Source of the DNA: Marsupella aquatica
Lineage: Eukaryota > Plantae > Marchantiophyta
Assembly (NCBI GenBank): GCA_973895155.1
Contig: OZ316895.1
Location: 16,126,816-16,190,815, forward strand
Direction of reading: 5' to 3'
DNA: 64,000 nucleotides
Positions within the stretch are counted from its first letter, which is position 1, and each line of letters opens with the position of its first letter. The translations under genes were made by a program, and so were the position numbers. The notes beneath the pieces were generated by a model, which ran no database searches, was not told the origin of the DNA, and was given only the letters and a program-made list of their open reading frames with translations. Of the stretch, positions 53,165 to 64,000 are shown in pieces.

Positions 53165-54779
53165 AGTCCCAGTCCAAGCGCAAAGCCCTGGTCTAGGCCC
53201 AGTGCGGAAGTTACTCTAGGCATTTACAGGCCAATAACATGAGATCCCAACATTCATTGTGGACGTGTCTTTGGGCGTAATTATGAGGCCAACTTGGTGC
53301 TCATCTCTAGTTTATAGGGTCTGACCTCTGACTAACTTCCCAAGATGGGAACTTCCATACCTTAGCTTCCTTGGCCATAGAGTAGTTGCATTGTGAGACG
53401 GGTCTGCAACATCCTAATTGAAAATAAGATTTTCTGGTTTTCTTTCTTTCTATGAATGAATGCATTTTGTATACAAAAGATCCAAGCAAGAGACAACAAC
53501 CAGCTGTCAAACTTGGGGGTCTCACTATAAGGAGGCCTCCCCATCACCTGCGGCGTTTTTAGGCCTTGGACCCCCTAAAATGTAAGATTTGTTTTTTCAA
53601 CCCCTACAAAGTTCCAAATATTTGGTTACAAGGACTCTATTATTTTTATAAGTCTCAAAATTGGATTTAAAAGACCCCATTGTTCTTGTAAAAAAAATTT
53701 AAGTCTTCCCCTTAAACCAATAAAGTGACCCTATCCTTCGTCGCACGCGATGTGTACTTTTTGTGGAAGTGAAACCCCCAAGATCACTCACAATGTTTTT
53801 GGGTAATGAACACACTAAGAATAACATTTAGGGTGGTGTACTATTTACTACCCCTAACTTTATAGAATACGCTAGCAATATATATAGATTCAAAGGAAAA
53901 ACCCTATAATTCTTATGATTTTCAAAATTGGATTATAATACCCCCAATGTTTGTCCACCAGAGTTTATAAGTCTTTTGCTAAACCCATACAAAAGCTCTA
54001 TACCTCCAGACCTCACACATTTTGGGTGAAACATTTAAACTTTAGCGTAAGTAAGTGGTCATCAACTTTGCTTTGGATGGAGAGACCCCAGGAGAGACAC
54101 TGAAAGGCCCCAACCATGTTGTTAAGCCCCACTAAATCTAGGAAGACAAAATGAACGTTTGAGTCTGAAGAAAAATAGGTACTGTTGTGAAACTTGTGAG
54201 TTTTGTTGCAATGCATAGATTGGAATATTAAGCCCAATGAACTAAGGGGTTTGTTTTGCCATTCCCAATGGACCGTGTAACATGTTGCCACACTGTACAC
54301 CCTAAAGTCACATTGATGGGTTCCTTTTGGATGAACACTTCACTTTCAAGAAGGATGCCCAGTAGTTTTTCCAAATGCCCTGACCAAGTATAACATATTA
54401 GTATATGATAGACTTGTGGTTATATTTGGAATTTTGGGGGATCTCTATTTGAGCTCAAAATTTTCTGGAGTGTTCTCTGATGTTCAACGTATTGCCTCAC
54501 AAAGTTTGAGATATTTCTTAGATCATTGCCTTCATTGTAGTTATGTGCCAAAATGGCCAAGTATGATAAACCAACTGTACACAAAGGATTCAATTTTGCA
54601 AAGAAAGTCTGAGTACTTGTACATGAGAAGTAACTACCACCAACTAAACAATCATGAACTGACTGTAAACTGTCAAGAACCCCTTGTAGAATTATTTATG
54701 GCGTTGTGCTACAATATGAAACCAACCTAAGTAACTTCCTGTTCGAGGGAATTGTGTGAGGGGACATTATGGCCTACAA

Positions 54780-55130
54780 TGCCTGCCACTTGAATGTTCA
54801 CCCATGTAAAACTTGAGTGAGTTTTGGAAGCAAAATCTTTGAAGTTAAGCTCATGCAAGAGAGTGTGTGAATAGTAACTAAGAACTCAGTATTTAGAGAG
54901 CACGAGGATCATCAGATAGCTTGCTCCCCCTTGCTATTAGATTGGGAGACTTCATCATCACTTTGATGGGCTGAAGCGCCAGGTAGCTTGCGACATTCGC
55001 GGATGGGCAGGTTCTGTTGGCCCACCACTTTCATTCTGATCACACTTTTTTGTCAGCAAATTTCTGTGATGCTACAATGTGCTCAGGCTCAAGCGATCCA
55101 TCATAGATCTCTGGCCATGGGTACTACTAT
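54780..55130 (+). mobile_element. Possible remnant of the C-terminal restriction-like endonuclease region of a CRE-like non-LTR retrotransposon
   Basis: Fragments LLPLAI..GRLHHHFDGL and GPPL...LFCQQISVMLQCAQAQAIHHR resemble the F.PLA.E..G...RQR.S..LQRAQA..I terminal motif; heavily disrupted. Confidence 0.45.
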
Positions 55131-55497
55131 GCCTCTAATAAGAGCTTGCCCCCTTAGAGGACCTGCAGGTCTCCCTTGCAGATTTAGTAACTACCCACTA
55201 TGGCTTCCATGTGTACTGTCAACTCCTCACAATTAGGCACTGGTAGTTCTTTTCCTTATTGTTTCTTTCCTCTTTCTAGGGTTTTGGGATTTCCTTTTGC
55301 TCCCTTCATTTCAGTTTGATGTTTGGACTTCTTTTGTTTGTTGTACAATTACTTTGTTTGACCCATTTGTGTAAAACTTATCCATATATTCTTATATTAA
55401 ATCCATTTTTACCAGTTTGATATTGTAAAAGCCAAAGACTCTTTTTTAGTGGCATAATGGCACACAATGACCTACAAAAATATTATTATATTCGTGA

Positions 55498-57882
55498 GTA
55501 GCTCAATACCTGTGCGTTGCACAAATGATGTCGTTAACAAAAAAGAAGATGTGTCACAAGAGATGTTATGTAAAAGATGTTGTGAAGAAAAAGAGTCATG
55601 TGCGCCAAAGGTGTTGTGAAGTAAAAAGATGTCAGTCAAATTTATAAAAGTTGTGTCGCCAAAGATGTAGTTAAGAAAAAAGAAGTAAAAATTATAAAAG
55701 TTGTGTTGCCAAAGATGTCATGAAGTAATAACATGTCTGTGAGAGAAAAGAAGTTGTGTCACCAAAAGATGTTGTGAAGTAAAAAGATGTTATAAAGTCA
55801 ACTGATATCCTGGCGTCAAAGATGTTGTCAAGTAAAAAGATGTTGTTAGTCCAAAGATGTTATGATGTAAAAGATGTGTTGCTAAAAAGATGTTGTTAGT
55901 CAAAGATGTAGTGAAGTAAAAGATGTTGTTGCATTAAATGTTGTTAAGTTAACGATGTTGTGCAAAAAAATTGATAAAGAAAATATGTTGTTGCTTAAAA
56001 GATGTTATTAAGTAATATATATGAGATATAGCAAAAGATGTCAATGCAGAATAGATGACTTTATCCTAAAAATGTTGTTGAGAAAAATATCATGGTGCTT
56101 AATATATCATTGAGAAAAATATATTTAAAAAATAAATTCTTATTGTGCAAAAAATGTTGTCTAGTAAAAGATGTCATGTCAAAAAAATGGCAACAATAAC
56201 CACAAGGTACCACCAGGTAAGAATGACATTTGTCTTTGGTTTTTCCTTTGTTCTAATTCCTTTTTTACTTAACCTGCCTCCTCCCCTTTTTCACTCTTTT
56301 TCATTATTTTTTGGTTTGATATTTCTCTATTACACTACATTGTTACTAATTATGTAATACTAGCTCAATACCTGTGCATTGCACAAAAGAAGTCGTGTCG
56401 GCCAAGATGTCATTGAGAAAAAATGATGTAGTGTCAGCCAAGAGGTCATGGAGAAAAAAGATGTAGTGTTGCCTAGGAGGTCGTGGAGAGAAAAGATGTC
56501 GTGTCAAGATGTCGTTGAGAAAAAAAGATGTTGTATTGGCCAAGAGGTCGTTGAAAGAAAATATGTAGTGTCAACCAAGAGGTCGTGGAGAAAAAAGATG
56601 TCTTGTCGCCCAAGAGATCATTGAGAAAAAAAGATGTCGTGTCGGCCAAGAAGACGTTGAGAAAAAAAGATGTCGTGTTGGCCAAGAGATCATTGAGCAA
56701 AAAAATGTCATGTCGGCCAAGAAGTCGTTGAGAAAAAAGACATTGTGTTGGCCAAGATGTCGTTGAGAAAAAATTGTCATGTTGGCGAAGATGTTGTTGA
56801 GAAAAAAATGTTGTGTCGGCCAAGACATCGTTCACGGAAAATACCCGTGCGTTGCACAAAAGATGTTGTTGAGAAATAAGATGTCGTGTTGCCCAAGATG
56901 TTGTTAAGTGACAGATGTCACAAAGTAAAAAGATGTCTTAAAAAAAGTATTAAAAAGATGTTATTAAGAAAAATGTGTCATTTTGCCAAAGATATCGTGA
57001 AGTAAAAGATGTTAAAAGAAAAATGGTGTTGTTTCACCCAAGCTATCGTTGTGTGAAAGATGTTATGAAATAAAAAATCAAGAAAACTAAGAAGGAGTGA
57101 GTCTTTTTCTTTGTTTTGTTTTTTTACCCAAAATGCCCATGCATTTGAATGGCGACCACTATAAATTGGAGCAACGTTATATTATCGGTTTCAGGTTTAG
57201 TGTTTTAGGGTTTAGCAAAGATGACCATTCTCTCGATATCCTTTCAATCCCCGTGCGTTGCATAATAGATGTTGTTTGGTTAAAGATGATGTTGAGAAAT
57301 AGATCATACGTGGTGCAAAAGATAATCTTTGAATAAAAATAATAATTGTTAAAATACATTATTACACAAAAACTTTTGTTGAGTGAAAGATATCATTGTG
57401 CAAAATAGAAATTGGGGTCCATGCAAGATAACTAAAAATTAACTAACTTCCAAAGAGTTAAATCTTCTTTTTAAGAGAAAAAGCCAAAATAATATAATGT
57501 CAACCTACTCTCTTCCCCTTAGTGCTCGCTTCCTACCAAAAACATTATCTCAAGTAAATCTTTTCACTTTCATGTACCATGCCAAATGTACTTTAGACCA
57601 TAAAAAACACGTACACTTTAATGTTCCATGCCAAAAGTATTATACGCAAGCTACAAAATAACTATAATAACACCTGCAAGTACTCTATGACATTATATCT
57701 ACCTTGTACTATAACTTATATACCTACCTTCTATTATAATTTACAGCCAATTTTAGTTTCTCATCTCATTCAATCCAAGAGCCATAAATAATTTTAGAAA
57801 ATATGGCTTAGTTTTGTTAGGACTAAAACTGGCTGGATTTGTTATTATAGTAATAGGTGAGCCCTATGCCTGTGCATTGCAC
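55498..57882 (-). mobile_element. Stack of Helitron-like 3' termini with internal AT-rich minisatellites
   Basis: Minus strand GTGCAA(C/T)GCAC-aggtattgag-CTAG|T at 56360; related copies at ~55498, 56840, 57246, 57866. Confidence 0.7.
56385..56836. repeat. ~35-bp minisatellite, ~13 copies (aaaagatgtcgtgtcggccaagaggtcgttgagaa)
   Basis: Visible periodicity; each unit is two ~17-bp aagatgtcgt subunits; more degenerate arrays at 55525-56180 and 56858-57070. Confidence 0.88.
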
Positions 57883-59988
57883 TTAGCAAGGAGGACTGGT
57901 TTGGGGTCTAGCCTGGCCATTATGGGGCACAATATAAGCCAAGGTGCACATTTATTCCATGAATCATCAGGGAAAACAGCCACACAAATTCAACAGTTGA
58001 GAATCTTTCTCACCCAAAACGTTTTTGTATTGGGAAGGATGAAAAAAACAGGATTCTTTATAAATTTGGAATCAATTAAACTCCTCTTATCACATACACT
58101 AGCATTGGGGTACTTGATATGAATGTCCATGCATGTATTATACAGGGAGGATTTCCTGTGCACAGATAGTACAAAAAGTACTTGAGTCTCGTGCATTGGG
58201 AGTCTCCGTTATTTTTTGCTTGAAAAATATGTCACTTTTTCCTTCACATTAAATGTAATGTTTTTTATGATTCATTCTCTTCTCTTTTGTTAGATTCTTT
58301 AGTTTTTTGGGCCCTGTAAATTTTAATGACTACCGTTGCATAAAACGACAAAACATTGTATTATAGTTCCTGATGGTGTGCCAGTTTTATAATTTCAAGG
58401 GAATTTCTCGAGAAGAATATATAGTGAAGATCTGGATAAGCAACGTGCTCTTAGCAGAATATTACGGCCAATTATTAGAGCCGCTCAAAATTCTGGCGTT
58501 TATGGAGAAGAATGACCAGTGAAGAGTTAGATCAGCAAGGTTCTGTTAAAAGAATATTTTGGGCAATAAAAGGCCTCCAAACTTCGAGTTGAATCTCGGG
58601 GGCAGTATGGCACAAATACCGTAAACCACCTTAACGTGACTTGACTGTACACATATTATATGTTCGCGCAAGGCATGCGCGGGCATGATCGTAGTGCTGC
58701 AGGGATGGACGGGACTACGGACGGGAGGGATTTCGGGAAGCGTGAGAATGGACGGAGGTACGGGACATATGGACGGGCCCTCGTCCCCGAGGAGCAAGCT
58801 CCACAGACCACAGACATGCATGTGAGTGCAGCCATTCATGCGACTCACGACCCTGTTCAAAGCCTGCCGATGCTGAGTTTAACTACTGCCTGAAAGTTAA
58901 TGTAACCAGACGACCGTAATTGTCAATAACGTGCGTCCTTTTCGCTGACACTGTCTGGACAAACTTTGGACACAGGACTGGGAGAAACTACTGTACACCT
59001 CTTCCTGTACCGTAGTGTACGATTCACATGCTGGTTGGAGATTTCGGTGGAAGGTAAACTATTTGCGCGGAACAATTTCCAAAGAGTAACATGGCAATAA
59101 TAAATGTTCACAGAGGGGAGAACGTTTGTGTCTTCAAGGTTCGCAGTGCCGTACACATTCGCATAATGAATGAATAATTTAGAACAGTAGATGCGTTATT
59201 AATGAAACCAAAGCTTGGATGGACCGGCAGTTTGTTTCCCATCATCCATGCACTCTAACACATAAACTGAACACCCTACACCTAATAATGAGATGATTTA
59301 GATAATACATGTTTTCATTGATTAATTTTTTCACGTTGAAAACATGCATGGAATGGATTGAAAGTTTATATTTAATATTGTATTAAAAAAATCGGTTCCT
59401 CTGTAATGGCAAAGTACTCAAATTGTAACAAGAACTATGTTCTTTGAAAAACCTGATTTGTTCGAGTTTTGTAATGGAAAAATTACTTGAAGCACTTTTT
59501 GTGAGAAAAATAATTCCCTTTGAAAATATGATCTCTCAACAATACTCCCTTAGATGAAATCTGAGCTAATTTACAGCAGCAAAATAAGTCAAAAACCTCC
59601 TTAACACAAGAACAACACTATGAAAATTAGGATTTTGTAAAAATGTTTTACAAATTAGAATATCCTTTTGCTCCACAACCACAAAATTACTACACTCTGA
59701 TGACAAGAGCAATCCTCTAATAAAATCAAAAAAATTCCCTTATTTTCCTTGTTGTGAATTGTGTTGTTTGCTCTTTGGGATTTTTGTATCCATTGTAAAT
59801 AATATTCTTCAAGAAAATTTAGTTCATTTTGTTTTTTGTTGTAATTGAAGAAACTAATCAAGGAAATATGAGTAAAATGTGAATTGCGTAGTCCACACAT
59901 TGACCGTAAAGGCAAGACAAGTTGCTCAAAAACTTGAATGTACCTTACTTTTTGTCTTTTTTGTTGAACTCTAAAAACATGGTTAGAT

Positions 59989-60275
59989 CAGCGTATTTTT
60001 TAAGTGCGAATTTTAGCCAAATTCTACCTCCCCAAAAAACTTTCGCCACTTTTGGCTAAGATTCGCTACATTTTTCTGACACCATTAGCCACTCTTCCAC
60101 CAAATCATTGACCCCATTAGCCAGAATCTAACGGCTCTCCTTAAATCTAGGGATATCTGACGGTCATAATTTAATTTAATAAAATTTGACAGAGAATATT
60201 CTTAGAATATCCTCCCTCAGAGAAGCAAACATTCGCCACACTGGCTAAAAATAAAAAACCTTAAAAAATATGCTG
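59989..60275. mobile_element. hAT-type MITE (287 bp) with 16-bp TIRs and 8-bp TSD GGTTAGAT
   Basis: cagcgtattttttaag ... cttaaaaaatatgctg; TSD at 59981-59988 and 60276-60283; ttagcca subterminal motifs. Confidence 0.88.
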
Positions 60276-61649
60276 GGTTAGATTACTATAGAAGGGGAAA
60301 AGGATATTAAGAGAATAAGCCCCCAAATAAAGCAAAGCTTGCAATCAAGCTCTGGTTAGTGACATGATATCTTTTGGACAGAAGTGATCTTGATAAGGGG
60401 CAAGATTCTCTTTGGACAAAGGTGATGATGTGACAGGGTAAAGAACAACATCCAAGCATATCTCTATGTATTAGTCCAATCCATCCAAGTTTGGTTTGTC
60501 TATGGGGGTTTCATGGACAACTTATCAGTCCATCGGGGTTTTAAGTTCCTTATTACACAATAGTTTGAGGTTGTTGTGAAACTTCAGAGGAAACTTCCAC
60601 AGAATTTTGTGGTTGATTTTTCAATAATATTCTAAGCATTGACTTTTCACTGAATATATGACATTATAGCTAATTTTTGCGCTGGTCTTATGAGAACCAT
60701 TGTGACACTAGGGCAATGTAACGGAGAGTGCAAGGTCATTCTGCTCTTTCTAAGTGCACACTCCAGGAAGAAGACACATTGATGGACTCACATTTTAAAG
60801 CTCTGCACTTATGATAAATAACAACACAATTATTTCCACCTTGAGTCATCCTCCTTTCCTATGTCTCTTGTCACATTAGAAAAGTTGTCATCTCTTGTTC
60901 AGGTAGGATTCTTGCACCTTCCTCAAACCATCTACTTTACCCTGTTGTGAAGCTCTTGCACTCCCAAGCCATTCACCAAGAAAATATCCTAATGGACCTA
61001 GCACATTTTGAGACCCAAAATTGTGACCGTTTATATAATGGCAAGATACAAGATTATTTGAGTTCAGATCAATGTTTGAAGATGGCTACCGGGTTGTGAT
61101 GGTTCAGCATAGTGATTTGTCAAACAGTGTGGTCCACCTGGGCTTCTTTTCTACAAAACTTGATTGAGGGGAAAGCTCTCAGACCTGACCAAGTGTTTGA
61201 GATCTATACAGCATCTCCAAGACCATTTTGAACATAATCCAATGTGTTAACTAGTGAGACACAAAACAGAGCCTAAAGGCAATCGGATTTGTGCAAGCTA
61301 TGGTATGGTACAGAGGAGGATGAAAAGGCTCATTGACAACAGGGTATTGTGCTTTTGGAGGGTAGAGATCCATGGCCAAAGAGAAAACACCCCAGAAACT
61401 AGGACAAGTTCATTCTCTCTGTTGGTTTTACTGGCCAGTATGAAATTGGATTGTAGGCTATAACCCAGAAAGTGTCCCAAGGTCTCTGTTAATAAATCCA
61501 ATTTGGGCAAGAACTCTTGTAAGGTATTATTTTTCTGATGGCACTGTGAGATAGGCACAATGTTAGGTGGCTTGACAAAGTCATCCCTAGACACCTGTGC
61601 TGGGGCAGACAGGGAAAAGTTGGACAGGGGGAGGAAAACAGTCAAGGAA

Positions 61650-61790
61650 GGGATCCAGGGAAGGGGAGGGGAGGGGAGAGAAGAGATGGTGGCAGGGAGG
61701 GAAGGGGAGAGATGAGAGGGGTTGGAGAGGGAGGGAGGGAGGGAGGGAGGGAGGGAGGGAGGGAGGGAGAGGAGAGGAGAGGAGAGGACT
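61650..61790. repeat. Polypurine microsatellite (GGGA)n/(GGAGA)n
   Basis: Near-continuous G/A run. Confidence 0.85.
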
Positions 61791-62125
61791 AAGAAAAAAC
61801 TGAAGGAAAGAGAGAAAAAAGGGGTTCCCAAGACCCTTGTTGCACCTGCCCCCATTCCTGCATAGCAACAACAATTGATTTCCACAAGAACAGAATGTAA
61901 GCCATGAGAATGAGATCGTTTGCAATAACACACATGGTCACAATTAAAGCACTAGTGAATGTGATGATATTTTTTCAACAACAATCAAGCCATGACAAGA
62001 AAGATTATGCAATCACAACACCGCCACATTGTTGACACTTCCGCAATAAACCGTCATGTTGAAACAAGACCACTTGAACTGCATGAACGACATGGTTGCA
62101 ATGAAAAATTAAACACAACACCGCA

Positions 62126-62265
62126 GAGAGAGATACTTGATGGACCCCAAAATGCAAATTGTTTCTTGATGGACCGTTGATAGATCTCAAATCATTGTAC
62201 CCAAAATTTCATGGGGTCTATTAAGTAAGACATTTCAATTTAGTGGTCCATCAAGTATATCTCTC
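62126..62265. mobile_element. Mutator-like MITE (140 bp) with 10-bp TSD CAACACC(G/C)CA
   Basis: gagagagatacttgatggacc ... ggtccatcaagtatatctctc; TSD at 62116-62125 and 62266-62275 with 1 mismatch. Confidence 0.82.
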
Positions 62266-62961
62266 CAACACCCCAACTATGATACAATCACAACCAGAAG
62301 ATGGCTACAATTAATAAGTAATAAGATATATATTATATATTGGTCATAATATAATAACCAAATAACCATCATAGAGTCTTCGAGTGTGTAACAGAAAGGT
62401 CATCTATTTTGGCACAAAGTTAAAACTACCTGACGTAGCGAAGTAACCAATTATGGGAGACGAATGTTGTTTGGTACAGTAAAAAGTCAATCTATTTCAG
62501 GTATAGGCATATGATTCTGCCATATATCGGTTACCACTTTGGGCACTATGACTCACAAACATCGGCATGAATCTTTAGATAGGGTATCGTATCAAATATA
62601 TATCACACTGCCAGCTATGAAATAATATCCCACCTCGACACCAAATTGATGATATCTATCAATCGCTTTCACCGGGTGACCGGAATGCTCTGCCTCGGTC
62701 ACGAAGGAAAGTACGGTCAAGTACAATTATCGACTGACACCCGGTTACTGTAGATGCCCGCTGGGGTTCATCGTGGACTCCTCTAGGCCTTCCGATGCTT
62801 ACTTCGCACCGTTGGATGCTAATTAGGTCAGGCGGTGAACCCCCTTTGGCCCTTTATACATCATTGTATTTACTAATTTTAGTCGACTGAGAGGATCCAA
62901 ATCTTGACAAGGCCTTGTGTAAGATTCAGCCTTTGTGTAAGGCTTGGCTGCTCCAAGGATA

Positions 62962-63067
62962 AAACTTGCAGAGGCACTGTTCTAAAGGGAATGGAGCCTG
63001 GGCAGGTTGCATAACTAAACTTGCAGAGGCACTCTTCTAAAGGGAATGGACCCTGGGCACGTTGCAT
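62962..63067. repeat. 55-bp tandem duplication
   Basis: aaacttgcagaggcact.ttctaaagggaatgga.cctgggca.gttgcat at 62962 and 63017. Confidence 0.85.
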
Positions 63068-64000
63068 GACTGGTGGAGATTAATTTCATCAAGTAAAAAA
63101 CATGCCTAAACTGTCACTGTCTTCCTGCAAAGTGCCTCTAATTCCCCCCAAAACGAGAATTCTCTAAAGTATTGCCCATAATATAATACTCTAAATAATA
63201 CACTTAAATATCTAAAATACTATTGTTTTTTACTTGTTTTACTAAAGATAGAGACATTCCTCCTAAACAAAAGAGGAGATTGAAATCTTGACAAAGCATT
63301 CTTCTCCAAGAATGCGCTAAACACACTAAGGAAAAAATCTCAAAGGGCAGTGAGTACCATTCTATTAATATATATACTATAATAATAATAAGGCATCTCA
63401 GAACTTGACTATACCAGGATGACATATTTGCCTTACTCAAGAATTATGGAAACTCTCATTAAAGAAGAGCAACAAAACACTTAAATCATTAGCTTTAATC
63501 ATGCTCCTTTAGGGTTAGGCACAAATATAGAAATACCTTGCTCCCACAACCTGAGAGATTAATTAACCCTAAGCCTGCAACTCAGACCCACAGTTGAGTT
63601 CTGAGACACCCTAATCTGCTATCTAAGATTGCTATGCACCTACTCTGCATAGTAAATTCATTGCCATTAATTCTATGGTAGCAATTGTATTTTATGTGTA
63701 GACTATTTTATGTGTAGACTATCAGCGTGAGTATGGACTGGCATAAGGGGCAAGAAAACACTTAACAGGACCACTCTGGCATCTCCTGGTCTTAACCAGA
63801 CCCTTGTGAGTAAGATGCCATGAAAACCTGGGCAAGATGGGCAGTAGCAAGGGTCCTGTTAAGTCTTTTCTTGCCTAAGGGGAGCAGTGTTTTATTTGTA
63901 TTTTAGACAGGTGGTACTTATAGCAAGCTGAAAAGCCTCCAGTTCGCAAAAGGTGTGTGCTTAACTTGTACCACCACATTATGATAGTTATATCTATGTA

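Noticed and set aside
56385-56836. CRISPR-like periodicity (~35 bp)
   Set aside because: Units are contiguous and degenerate with no unique spacers, no cas genes, and the context is eukaryotic; it is a minisatellite
61298-61933. 211-aa Pro/Ser-rich ORF
   Set aside because: Stop-free because of the polypurine microsatellite; no domain recognised

Overview
Eukaryotic nuclear DNA from a land plant (intron style and gene sequences suggest a bryophyte/liverwort-type genome; this is inference). The first ~36 kb is gene-rich: the 3' part of an FtsH11-type i-AAA protease (+, 11 exons), an intronless Ac45/VOA1-like V-ATPase accessory membrane protein (-), an RBM39/CAPER (CC1-like) splicing factor (-, 12 coding exons), a frameshifted CSLD cellulose-synthase-like fragment in the RBM39 promoter, an intronless mitochondrial ALDH2 (-) and COG2 (+, 12 exons). 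The last ~26 kb is repeat-rich: a complete but decayed Ty1/Copia element (LTRs, PBS, PPT, 5-bp TSD), three Mutator-like MITEs with 9-10 bp TSDs, a hAT MITE, foldback elements, stacked Helitron-like 3' ends with minisatellites, and a probable RLE-type non-LTR remnant. No prokaryote-type system is present. The most notable points are the apparent splice-site autoregulation architecture of RBM39, two intronless (retrogene-like) genes among intron-rich neighbours, the captured CSLD fragment, and the Helitron-end/minisatellite stack. Coordinates were read by eye and may be off by a few bases.
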